From Trichoplax adhaerens (taxonomy: Eukaryota > Animalia > Placozoa), in contig NW_002060952.1 in the NCBI RefSeq assembly GCF_000150275.1, positions 642,482 to 706,481 of the forward strand: a DNA stretch of 64,000 nucleotides, written 5' to 3'. The notes below the pieces were generated by a model that was not told the DNA's origin, ran no database searches, and saw only the letters and a list, made by a program, of their open reading frames with translations. Below are positions 29,219 through 43,200 of this stretch, one piece after another; the stretch's first letter is position 1; every line of letters begins with the position of its first letter. A program made the translations under genes and the position numbers.

Positions 29219-30887
29219 TCCTTGAATGACAGTATCTTGATCAACAATGATCATTGAGCGTTTGAGATCCGCTGTGACAATCCGATATGAACTTCATACT
29301 ATCAACGCACGATCGATGAGAGACGTGCGTCAATAATGTTGAGATGGCATATCAGACGCGTGGTGACAGCTACGGGCAGTCAAACACACGTGTAGCCTCC
29401 ATGGAGGGAAGATAGCGTTGCCATGGCATTCATGATGGATGATCAGAAGATTATCCATCATTGAGATCATGAAGGGCAAGATGCTTGTTGAAAGTTGGAG
29501 GTTATTGACTATCCAAGATAGTATTAGAATGGTTATAGGGATAATTATCTTAGTCCGGTACACTTGAATGCACGATCATCAGGGAATTTAGGGTTGGCCA
29601 TGTCAATTTAGACACGTCATTTTATTATAGTTGATAGGTATCATTTTTTCTGAACATTTTGCTATTATATATTTAAAAAATGAATTGGATATTCTAGCAG
29701 CAGTTCAAAGTGCATGACTTGTCTCTTTGACAAGATGATAATAAAAATAGAACATTTATAATATTTCTGTGACAGATTGACTTATTTTTTACTTTTTTTA
29801 TTTATAAATTGGATGCACCTGGACAGAAGCAATGGAAAACAACTTGCTTTGGATTCATAGACGACATGCACGAATATCGGTATTAGTAATAGTGATATCA
29901 TTTTATTTCTTATAGTATATCTATAATCAATAAAACGATTGCAATATCTATTCAGTAGAGGATAAACTACGCATTCTGTGTCATAACATATCTGAAAAAG
30001 AAAATAATAGGACCTTGATTTTTTCTTGAACTTTCACCTTATTGCAATATCACTTCTTCTGCAAGGACTATCGACGTCTCTACCTCTGTAGTACAAATGC
30101 ATGCTTGTATCATGCTATGGCCTAACCTGCAAACGTGATCTATTGGCTACACTACAATACTTTTTGTAAATGTATCAATGTCGGTTGCTATTTTGATGCT
30201 AAATATCCCTTCTTCGTATGCATTAGAATAAGTCTCTGACAGAGAAGAAACTATTTTACATTGGATAGTGAATGGCCTAAATACCAAACTAATAAATCTT
30301 TTTTGATCTCTGATCATTCTTTATACTGCCAATGCTGTAATTTAAATTTATTTTTACACTTTACACTAGACTATATTTTGTTAGAATAATTCCACTGATT
30401 GCCTATCATTATAATTGATGCCAAACAATATCAAGTATGGAAAATTATTATTGAATGCTCTTCTCTATCTTGGGATATTTTGCGGATTTTCAAGTCGTTA
30501 AATAAAATATTAAGAGTGAATTACCATTTACCAGGACAATAAAATTGAAGCACGTTTACATAAAAGAATCTTTGAATATTTGTAACAAATCTAGCTAAAT
30601 ATAAGCTAATAAAGCATTACCGTGCTATTTTAATGTTTTTATCCAAGATCATCTTCATTTCTAATCTTAATGTTTCATATTAATGACGAAATCTTAACCA
30701 ATAAAACAACAGCAAATCTATACAATTTGTAAGAGATTGATGAAGTAAGAAAAGGTTTTCGATAGGGTTAAAGTGGGCGTAACATTCAAAATTGATCTTT
30801 CCCGTAAAAATTCTCAAATGTAGACTATTTTACTCTGTCAATAAAAATTGTTTTCTTTTAACTGACAAGATTTTATTGTTGTAATTA

Positions 30888-31078
30888 GATTATATTGTCA
30901 ATTTACTTTTAATTCAACAATTATCTTTTCTCTTGATGAATTTCCATCATTCAATCTGTATAACAGCCCAATAAATCAAATCAGATTATATCGTCAATTT
31001 ACCTTAAATGTAGCAATTATCTTCCCTTTTCATCGATTTCCATTATTCAATTTGTATGGTAGTCAAGTAAATCCAACT
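30888..31078. repeat. Old, diverged 96 bp tandem duplication
   Basis: gattatattgtcaatttac...caattatctt...atttccatcattcaatctgtat (30888) vs gattatatcgtcaatttac...caattatctt...atttccattattcaatttgtat (30984). Confidence 0.75.
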
Positions 31079-34000
31079 TTTTTCGTCTTTTAACCGTGAG
31101 CTAACAGATTTAAAAGAGAGTAAATAATATTTTTAGCACAGTAATGATAGTTGTTGGATATCAAGAATATTGGATTAACCTAGTCTTCCAAGCTTTAACC
31201 GAGATCCTAAATATTGTTAACAAAGCTAGCAATATTTCCCTCCACGTAAAAGCAACCGTTTAGTTAACGGTAACATCATATCTAGTAAAAATAACAAGAT
31301 TTACACTCAACACTAAACCATTTCAATATTAGTTTGTATTGAAAAAATAAAGAAATGTTATAAGGTTATCTTTGTTTTGCAATGGTATACCTATATCTTT
31401 TGTTTTAAAGATACGTGTATCAATAGAAATTATGTCATTCCAAGTCTATTTATTTTTAATCGGTTCTGTCTACACCTGCTTCAAAGCTTTTCATTTTGAT
31501 TTATTGATTGATCGTGGTTGCACTAATTACCTTTGCAACATCTTGGAATTAGTCCATTATGTTGGATTTTAAACAATTCTGAACGACACTAAAGTAAATT
31601 ATTATTACTAGCATTACTAGCATCTATAAATACTATTTACTGATGGACGAAAGTATCTATCATCGTAAGTACAATGCTTACTTTACTGAGATCATTTACC
31701 ACACAAGCTTCCAATGAATAGCCTTTCCCTTATTCACATATACCGAGTTGTATGCATAAATAAAATTAAAAATTCTCTTTGCATGGTTTCTAACTTATGC
31801 AATCATGAAATCTTAGTGTTCTTAGAAATCATTGTAGTATTTCATTGCAGATACTAAGTATCTTGCATATTAGCTATATATTAACTGGATGCACTCGTGG
31901 CTGGTAATTTAATATCTAATTCTGTATGCATGTGTTCTAGTGCGGAACTAGATCAGACGTAGGTATTCCTTATAATGGTAGATTCCCGAAGTGCTATGGC
32001 TAAAGTTGTTAGTTAATTGAGTAATATAAAATAACATTTTTTGCATTTCTAGTCAATCAGAGAAATATACATGTACACCTGGCTAGTTGAGAAAAATAGA
32101 AATGATTTACTAGTGCTTTAATTAAGTGATTACAGATTGTTACTTATGGATAAAATAAGAAGCGTTGCAACACAAATTTCGTATTAGTCGATTAACAAAA
32201 TAGGGCTGTAAGTATATGGAATTACCTGCTGCTACTGATCACGAAAGTACGATAATTTTTAATTTTTAGGCTTTAACTGATATAGACCTGGTTAAGGATC
32301 TTCTAAAATTTAGATAACTACGATAGAAATCAGATTGCAAAATTCTCACGCTGGTTTATTGCTATGTTTAATGCCAGCGATCATTATGATAAGCCTGTCA
32401 CTCAGCTTATATAAAATTTGAATATTTCTTTTATGACGTCGGTCACAGTGTTTTGCATGGCTTAACTATCAATATTAAAATGCTCATTGTACTATAAAGG
32501 ATGCTATTCTGGCGCTTAAACATTATTAAAATGCAACTAAAATTTTGATCTTAAAACATCCAGCACCACCTAATCGTATAATATTGTAGTTAAAGAATAA
32601 TTTGCATTTTGAGAGGCATCGTTGATACTAACGGATCAATTTAAATGTTAGAACAAGAAAATAGACAATTTATCAATTTGTCAATCAGCAAAACAGAAAT
32701 CCATTTATATTGTCTTCAATACTTCATAAAATCTGCGCATTGTTTGTAAATCATCGATATATTTTACGGAAGTAGCTTTCGTGAAATTCTGTTCTGCTTG
32801 TAGGGATTTGTTTAGGCGGACAATTTATTAAAGTAAGCTTGCATACAAACTATGTGTATTATCTGAGTGAAGATTGAGAATATCCATTTCGGTACCGTAT
32901 CCATACGGCAATAGAGCAAGAAATATATTTTGAAGGAATATATGCCTTTATTTTGAAAGTGATTTCTCCTTTCCTTCCTTTGATGGTCGTACTTTTACTT
33001 TAAACAAAAAAGTAACATAACCGTGATTTCTTCCCTTTTTACTTCGTTGATCATACATCAGAGTAGAAAAAGAAGAACCAATTGTTATCGGATTCAATAT
33101 AGACAGCATTGTTTTGAGCAGAAATTTAACAATTATTGTTATAGATTATTTTAGCGACTGAATATCAATGTTACAAAATTAAATCAAAGTAAAAAGACAT
33201 TCGCTTTAATTTCATAAATTCAATAAAATAAAAGATTGAATGCGATATCCGGCCAATTTATCATATTGGATTTTAATCAAAACAACTTTAAAATCAGCAA
33301 AGTTTAATTAAACTAACGTATTGAATGCCTGTATTGTGTATTTCAATTTTTTGTTAATGTAGTCGTTGTAGACAATGTATCGTTTTATTTCTACTTCATT
33401 CCGCGACAGAACTATTCGATCAAGTAAAGAGGATTATGATGGAAGATTTCATAAATATCCTGCATCAATTACATCATCTGAATTATTTGTATCAATTATA
33501 TAAATTTATCATCACTTCGTAAATCAACATTTTTTTCTATGAAGTTTGCTATACGATATTTTATCAATTTCTGCATTTTTTTAATGAGGTTGTTATAGCA
33601 GAGTTGATGTTTATTTGATAATTATCTCCTGTTTATCAATATTATTTACGATTTATTGGAGCTAGAGGTAGCGGGCCAGTGACGTGAAACGAAGAGAGTA
33701 AGCAGGTTATGACAATAATTGTTTCATTTTGTTGCATTATTCCAGCCATGGCATTCTTCGAGGGCAGATGTTTATAAATTATAGATGATAGCCATCATAT
33801 GCACAAACAGTTATGCATGATTGATGATATCGATTCCCATAACGGTATACCAATTTCAATATCACGATTATGGTCGTAATTATAGGGCTTATAATTGGTA
33901 TCAGTCTATTTTTTGCCTGTCATGTTATAGATATAATGATTTCAAAAGAATACTATTACATTGACTACTGTATTTTCAGATAAAAATGTCCTTATCTATT

Positions 34001-37000
34001 TAACGTTAATGCTTTATTTTATGTAGCTCCACCTGCATTAATGAGGCCAAGGTGTGTTAACCGTAAATGTAATGATCATGTTGCAACAGAACGACACTTA
34101 CAGTAACTTTAAAGGAATTGAAGTAGCATAGTGCCATCAGACAATCATTCCAAAACTTTTTTAATGAATTTCTAACATCATTATTCTCCTCCTTCATTTC
34201 TTGGAATTAATAGAGAATAAAACGAGATAGCAAAACTGAAATATTGCATGTTTCTGCTTGATATATAGTGGATTGATTTTTCTTAATCTAGGAGTGATGA
34301 ATAATTTAGCTTGGGGTGTGCTTTAAAAATAAAATTGTTAGCTGTACTATTACTGAGATAAATACGAAATTGTACTGTAGTGACTTTACTAGTCCTCATC
34401 TATAGCTATTAGAGTGCTTGCTATATTGCTTAAGTAAAATAAGATAACGGGACTTGGATAAAATGGATTTGGAGTTAAAAAACTATTAAAGTTGATTAAA
34501 AATACGTAAGTAATTTAACCCTTGAAGATCTGTTTATTAGCAAAATTTTTCATTTCGAGATTAACATTCTTGATTGATAGGCGAAAATGACTCTTGTAAA
34601 CCATATAGCAGGAATTATTTTTATAACAAATAAGGGCGATTCAAGCGTTAGAAATGTACAATTTATTTGATGGTTATAAATCGATTACCTATTAAAATAA
34701 AATATTAGGGCTTTTATACGCCTTGTATAAATCAAAATCGTATAGAAAGCGTTTAGACAATCAATAATTAACTTTATAACTATATCCATCCATCAACACT
34801 TATAATTGATTCCTTTCTCTTCGAATAGAAAGTAGTCATATGTGATATCTCTTAACTCTTTAAATACTCGTAATGTATAATGTCTTGCTATTTCGGTATA
34901 CTTTACCAAGGAGGATGCTTTTTTGTTCATAAATTTGTACTAGCGAAAGTGTAAACCGGTAGAGCCATGACCGGCACTGTTCTTATATTTTCATCTTATC
35001 ATTGTTGTAAATTATTTGCAATAAATTTACATATCTTCAGGAGATTGAAATCTTATACAATTGCGTTCTTTTCATGATATTATCTATGTTTTAAATTGAA
35101 TGCAGAAGTGGCTCAATTATTCATTAGACAGACCAAGTCCGATGATTACTGTTTGTTGTTAGAAACATAATTTGCAATAGAAACTGTCAATTTTAGTGCA
35201 GAATATTAGTAGTGTCAATAATGTTAAAATTTACTAGAAAGATCAAATCCCATAATTAGTTACATTGAGCTGTCTGTAAATTAAATTATTATGACAATTC
35301 TAGTTTTAATTTAGAATTGAATAGAATATTTCACAGTAATATTAAATAGAAAGGAAAGTGTATTTTCTCCCTTTATCATTACTTCCATAAGCAACGCATA
35401 ATAACTTTATTATGTTATAAAAAATGGATTTTATTCATTTCTCATCGGTCAAAAGAAACAAATATCGCTTGATGAATGTTGCATGATAATATTGGAGTAT
35501 AAGATTTTAATTAATGGAAAGATGACTATGTCTGTTTAAGTATCCATAGGTAAGTCAACGAAGTATTATATTTTCCGACTAGATACGAATAATGTGCTCG
35601 ATACAGTGTCAGACTACCAGTTCTAAGGCATAATTTTATTCCGTCTGTATTATACCTTCATGCTATATGACATAGCATCGGTATATTGATTATCATTCAT
35701 GGGATAATATGAAGATATTAAGATATCAAATCTAATAGCATGAGTAAATTTGGTTTAAAAAAGAAATATGTTATCGTATCATACTAGAATTTGATCTTTT
35801 GTTTATGTGTGCAGCACAGATTAATGTGATTTGTTATAATATACTAATGTCATGATCATACAGTAGATTGTATAAATATGCTAAATAAAGCTAACTTTCT
35901 TTATTGATAGTTGAATGATTTAAAAAGCAAATAAATTTTTAATTTTGCATAATAATGTGTGATATATCAAGATAATTAATTATTCAGGGAATGATAATCG
36001 GATAAATTTTAGTTTAAATGCACGTTATGCCATTACTCAGATATTGTATTACTTAATTCCAGAATCGCATTCTTCTAAATTTGAGATTTAACTTTGATTT
36101 ATAGTTAATGTTAGCAACTGTAAAGTAAGTTAATGTGAAACTCTTTATGCTATTACATAGCTTATGATGAAATAGGAAAGAAGATTTATTAAATATCTAT
36201 TAATCATTTACACGCGAGAGGAATGAATTCAACAAGACTTTAAAATAATTGTACACGACGAATAAAGTAAGAACTGGGCATTATAAATAAACTGTATTGA
36301 GTTCAATGTGGTAATTAACGACTAGCCCTACGTGATATCCCAAATTAAATGATTGCATTAATTATATCCTTATAAATACGAATTAATAAAGTTAGAACAT
36401 GATAAATATAGTTGAAGGTTAAAATTAAATTTGAAATGGTCTTTATCATAATACAACAATCTTTTCGTTAATTGAATTTTCGATATTAAAATACTACCGG
36501 TGAAATTAAATTAATGATGTTCTTGGAATGTTATTAAAAATTCTTATGCAAGAATATGATATTGATTACGAAATCTTGCGGTAGTTTCATTAATAGCAAG
36601 TAAATTAGAATAATAATTATACACATTGTTATCTTAATTATGAATTGTTTTTATTATGCTGTTATCTTTTTTGAATGGGCTAGCTATGCTTTAGTACCCG
36701 GTAAGGATTTCAATGAATGTAAGACTGTTTTATTTGCATATTATGATAAATCCTTTATTAAATAAGCGAAAAGGCCTGCTATAATATTAAAATACCAATC
36801 TCAATATAAAATTAAAAATAATTAATTTTAGCCAAAGAAGAATGATAGAAATTCGAGTACTCGTATCTCACTTAAGTATGTATATTACAATCAGCGCATA
36901 CGGCATTCGCAGTATTCAACTTTTCTTCGTAAACTTCTTTACGTGAAAATGCAAAAGAATATGATTAGAGTTTATTTCAGTAATTTTTGGAATTGATCGT

Positions 37001-40000
37001 CAGCTTTGATGCTAATAATTGTTTAGTACATTAAGAAATCTTTCGATAAACACTTTGCTCTACCATGGCTATAGCAACATTTGTAGTCATGTACTAGAGC
37101 AGTTGTTTCTAATTTATGCTATCTTAGGTCATATGTACACTCAATGTAATAATGTGATTATTTTTATTGTAATAAGAGTATTACGGTGTAATAGACAGTG
37201 CATTAATTAATAGGATATTTCTCACTATGTTAAATTGATTTAATGGTTCCATCAGAAATTTTTTTTAGCACTTAAATTTTACTGAATGCAACATTTCTAC
37301 TGTCACAGTACAGCTGGTTTATTGGTATAGATCAAAAAATAAATTTGACAACGATGTAGCTTATTTATTTATAGATCTACAGGCTACAGTTAGGATATGA
37401 AAGTTTATTGATCAATTGAATGAATGGATCAAAGAGTAATAAGAATAATTGGACTTGATTAGCAATATTTTTCCATCCTTCCACTTTTGGAATAATAGTT
37501 GTCTCGGCTGTTGCAATAGATATAATCTGATCTTCTTATTTTTACCACACGCATTATTTTCATGAGAAACATGGTTTTATCTATTTTAAGTCTCATTTAT
37601 AATGTTTTCATTTCATAATACCGCCAATACATCCTCTGCTTTATTCTACCAAAGCACCTGTTTCGTTAAGTGAAACAATAAAAATAGTAACATTTCTGAA
37701 ATGTTGTTATCATAACTTATTTGATTATCATCATTGAATTGTGCTACAAATTACTGATACGATTGCGGTAGATGGATCTTGTATCACATTTTACTGTTTT
37801 ATAACGTAGGAAGTTAAATTTATTTAACTCTTTCATTGCTATCATTGCGCTTAATTTAACGCATAAAAATTCTTCGTTTAAATTTTGATTTCCACTGTTA
37901 CTGTCATGAATAGAAGGAATCATTTAATGTGGTGAAATCAAAATAAATAGGTGTTTAGGTAAATCACTAAATCACAACGGTATTCATTTAAAAGTTAAAA
38001 TAAAACAATGAATATTTGATTACCAGAATTACGAAAGATAGAATATAAAAATTTGAAAATGTCTGTCTTGTTCAATATTTATCATTGTTGTGTATCGGAA
38101 CTACCCCAGCTTCCGTTTGAGGAGTTAAACTTGTAAGAACATCCTATTTAGATATTGAAACAATTGGTATGTTGCTAGATAAGTGGTAATGTTTGTTCTG
38201 GTTTCTAGTGCGTATACCCGGTGGCGCAGGTGCTTTCGATATAATTGGTGTTTCATTTTAAAGTTGTATGGGAATACAAACAATGAAATTATTCTAGCTA
38301 ATAAAAAAAGAATCAAATTTTACGCCTTATCATTATAAATTTGAAACGTTTGTGGTATTCTAGCGTATACCGATATCTTTCACGATAAAGAAAATAAAAA
38401 ACGAATGAGCCGACAAATTGAAGAAGCAATTAATTACAGTTTGCATTACATAATATTCAAAATTGATGCTGCAAAATGCTTCTGCAGCTAATTCAATGAA
38501 CTTTTCATTAAACTTTTATATAATTGCTGTTAACATCAAACTTGATCCATGTATCATTACTATAATAACAATTGTAACAACCCACCAAGACAGTTGGGAA
38601 ATCGGTCTAGCAGATACTAGGTAATAAATTTATTTAAAGTATCATTGTGCTTCAATTATAACGGCTTATATAACGATGTCTTTTTTGATACTTCCTGTAC
38701 GCAATAGCGGTGTTTAAAAAGATGCCCACCTGCTTCTCTTCTGTAAACAGCTTCATAATTATTTCTTGATCGCTCATTTTCATATAAACAATTAGCAATA
38801 AATAATAAAAATCAACCATGCGATAAGTCAGCAACTAACAGGAAAACTTACTGTTTAGCTGTAGAAAATAGTCATAAATAGTCTTGTTTCATTTAGTTAT
38901 CATACATTATATAGTAATGATTATAAATGGGTAAAATCAGCTGATGATCCACAGAATGTCATATTATTGAGTAAATATTGAATTTAGTTAATTTGGTTTG
39001 GCTCTAGATCACGTCAGTTCGATTATTCATAATACAAGTTGATATATATATACACCTTCTGTACTCGTGTGCCTGGAGTACGTTAGCACTAAGATTTATG
39101 CGATTATTTTCATACGGTCGTAATACTCAATAATCGTTTTGTGCGAATTAATATCAGGTACCGGCCGATACTAAAATTAAAAAAATGTTATGGCTAATAT
39201 CTAAATAAAGTATTTAATTGCAATGCGTGAGAATAAATTTGTCAATAAAGAACATTGTGATTACCTGGGAATGGTTTATCTCACATAATAGCTTCGACAT
39301 TATATATGGGTGATAGGTCGATAATTTAAGGGCAATTTCGGGTTAATTTTGCCTATGGAAGGTTTGTGAATAGAACATATATGAGTCTATTGTTCACTAA
39401 TAACCCCCATGGGAATGCTGATGATATTCAAACGCATGCATTTCGTGTCGATAACTCATTTATAAATGAATTAATTATCCTTAGGATTCCTTATTTTCAT
39501 GACAAACCTTTGCAATAATTGATAGAACTTTCGTGGAATTTGCTGAGCTGTAGTTAAAAAGTTATTAAGGATAATAAATGGTTGCTTCCTGTTCCTTACA
39601 GTATAAGTATGGTGTATATGGAGATATCATTGTTTGACTAAAAATTGTGACTTTTACCACATCATTGTGTATGATTTTGCTAAAAATCTTTTAAGCCGCT
39701 GAGTACTTGCATTTGTAAAAGCACCACCAAACAATATCAAAATCTACAGTTGTAGATACTAAAGGTAGAAAGGAGCTATCTTACTAAAGCGTACCATATG
39801 TTGATTCTTTGGGATTATAGGATAGGAAATGGATTTTCTAATTACAGTGGAAAGATATAAAAACCAATGGCTAATAATATTAAAGCCATAAAAAACTGTG
39901 AGGCAAATCTTCCTTAAGAGCTTCGAAAGATAATCAGTACAATAAAGTGTCTTCTGGCAGAATCTTATCGACAGATCTGAAACCGAAGTTTTGCTCTGCT

Positions 40001-40287
40001 TGAATCGAACAAGATTAAAATTACCCGCAAATTGCAACTTGCTTGCGCTGCAAATCAGTATAGAAGAAGTCCTAGTTTTAGCATACAAAATAATAGTTTA
40101 TTTGCGAATTGCAATCATCTGTAGAGCCTTAAATCAGTTTCAGAATCCCATGGCTTTCAGAATAAATACGTACTTTATTAATTACAAAAGTTATGATGGG
40201 TTTAGCTTACAAAAATTTGCATGTTTCAGATTTATCGACTAGGTTTGCACATAGAACTGCTAGTGCTCATACGGATATGAAGCAGAG

Positions 40288-43200
40288 CTAATTAAGAGTT
40301 TGCAGTTGGTAAACGCGATAGCCTTTTTTTAATAGATAACCTTGATTGTTTAACGAATAGATTAAATCGTCAAAGTTTGCCGTATCGAAAGACGCATCCT
40401 AATAAAGATAAAGAAGGCAAAAATTATATTAACAAGATATATCAAAGGCAATTTAAAAATAGCAAAGTTATTTCGAAATTACTCAGCTTATAATAAATAC
40501 TGATATAAAATTACATTCATCTAAATTTTTATTTTACCCTGGCTATTTTCGACATTTCTTGTACGGAAAATATTGATTTGCCTTCACGGCCGGCAAAATT
40601 ATTAAGTATTCCAATAAATCGTTTGCCCCTAGATCTGCTACTCATCCCCGAACCATTTTGGGAACGCTGAAAATCTAATCTACCATATTCATCCGAGAAT
40701 ATGTCAAGCATGCTAAGGTAATAATTGGTGTAGATATTTAAAATTATGCGACACCTGTTTCCTTAGAAATCGTTTACGCACATCATCTAATATTGTTACA
40801 TCAGCATTTAATACGAAAGATTCTACACCTATGTTTATACTTAATAATATTTTGGCAGTGTGATTGGCTAATACTTACCTGTTCTTCATAATTTCGATGA
40901 CATCAAGTGCGTCTTGTTTAGTAGCCTCAACTCTCATCTCCAATCTAGCACGAGCCTACAGCGGAGAATAAGCTATTAATGTCTGTTACAGATGATGCTT
41001 TTAATAGCAATTATCAGAAATATGATCTACCTCGGTCAGACGAATAAGAGATTCTAATTGACGAGTTGTGATTGGTGTGATGTTTGAACCATATCTTTGT
41101 TGACGAAGATTTAAATAAAATTCCTATAAATGATTCACAGTGGAGTAACTTCAGCACAATTTTACAATAGCTCTATCAAGTGCGCTTGTACAGTATTCGA
41201 TATTTTATACCTGTAAGATATCTGCAGCTTCTTTCGATAGCTTGGGATGGACATACAGTCGCGTATAGGAAACATACTTTTGATAATAAATAATACATAC
41301 CGAAGCATTCTAGTTAGCACGATATTGGTCTGCAAAGCTTAATTTACAGACTTCAGCTATAGTATACGATAATTTTTCGTGATTTAAAATGTTTTGGGGT
41401 TGGCACGACGTAGTTCAAAGGTATTTACCTTTCGAAGTAGCGTTGCAGGGATAGCTGCAAAACTTTCGCCTCGTCTTATCTAATAATACATAGTAGGATC
41501 GAGAAGTTAGCTGAGGACAGGAATCAAATGTAATAATAATATACCATACCTTTAACGTTTGCACTAGTGATTCTTCTGCTTCCAGTTCTGATTGTGAGTC
41601 ACCGCGCTATGATTTGCGTCAAATCCGTATGATATGAAGTAGTTAGCTAGCACTATTGCAAGGTACAGCACTAAGGGGTTTCAAATGACATAGTACTGCA
41701 AGTATTGACCAAACCTGAGATAGACGTCGAACAGTAGCTTGCAATACATTTCCATGGGAACTGAAATAAGTTATATCCTTGTTTAGATATATGATAGGAA
41801 CTTAATACAGTACAACGGAGGGATTATCACATTTCTTATATGGCGATAGAAGCGATTGTAGGTTCTGAAAATTATGCGTACAACTACGGAATGGCATTGT
41901 GTCATGAAATCAATTGTACAAATTATAGCTTGACTGGTAACTTACTCAATTCCAGAATGGAGAGACATTACATGTTCAGATATCATGCTGTCCATGTCCT
42001 AAGTATATTGAAGGGATAGTAAATTGATAATTACTGTATTTTACAAGCTTCAAGTTATTAATAACCTACCGCATCGGGCTTATCGAGAAGTATAAAAACC
42101 TGCTCATTAGAGAATAAAAATTGTAATTTTAACAATATGATCTAGAGCAAGTATTTTTCATCTGATAATAGTACGTATACTTTTACCAGGTCGAATCTAG
42201 ACAGCAGCGCGCTGCCTAACCTAAATAAAATAGAGAATATATGCTTAAGATATGGTTTCTTTCATTTCAAATAAAGCTACAAAATCGACAGTATCATAAG
42301 GGATAAATGCATCTGTAATATTTAACGCAAAAATTGTGGTATGGACATACTTCAAATTTTCTGAAACTGTTTTAGATAAATCATAGTGCCCTCCAACAGG
42401 ATTTGCTGCTGCGATAACTGATGTTCTTGCTGGTAAACTAGCGTTGGAAATTTCAAATAGATTTATGGCGCTACATGAAATGCATTATATAGTAAAGTCG
42501 ATATACCTGCAAGTCACTCCGGCCTTCGCTATACTAATACTTTGCTGTTCCTGTAGGAGTAGAATCAGTGTAAAGGTTTTAGTAGATATTTAATACCAGC
42601 AGACTGCGTAAAGTTGTCATTGTAAGAATAAAAATAATATATTAATTAATCCATACATACCATTGCTTCTAAAAGTGCTTGATGCTGATTGGACATCTTA
42701 TCAAATTCGTCAATACAGCAGCATCCTAAGTGGTAAGTTTAAAAGCAAGTAGAATTTATAGCAAAAGTTACCAAAAAATTTCGTTAAAACCTGCTAATAC
42801 CTTGATCAGCCAGAACTAATGCCCCAGCTTCCAATGAGTAGTTGCCCGTAGAGCCGTCTTTCGTAAGAGTGACCTAAAGAGAGATTTAATGCGTTTTATA
42901 ATTTCGTACTGTAAAATGCAATAATATACAGTATACGCTAATGCAAGTGATGACGATCATTGCTAGAGGTCTTACCGTCAGACCAGATTTCGTGGTAGTG
43001 TTTCCACATACGTATACGCCTCTCGGGGCTATATTTGCTACAGCCTGCAGCATCTGAGATGGCAAATATAATAAGAGTGTACTGTAATTCAAGTATTCTT
43101 AACTTGTAATTTCTTTGTTTTCAAGGCTTATCGTACTAACTTGGCTTTTGCCAAGGCCGGGATCACCGATTACTAGCATATGTGGGTCTCCACGAACTGG

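Noticed and set aside
28888-29247. 119 aa minus-strand ORF with three 33 aa repeats, superficially like a neuropeptide precursor
   Set aside because: Non-ATG start, no signal peptide, no dibasic or amidation sites; differences between units are mostly non-synonymous (about 7 vs 2), so the ORF is a by-product of a 99 bp period.
3548-38750. Scattered TGTTTAC/GTAAACA forkhead sites suggesting FoxG autoregulation
   Set aside because: The number seen is about what base composition predicts; no clustering.
5989-40242. Short 60-110 aa ORFs in the FoxG flanks
   Set aside because: Mostly non-ATG starts, no recognisable domains, no exon-like splice patterns.
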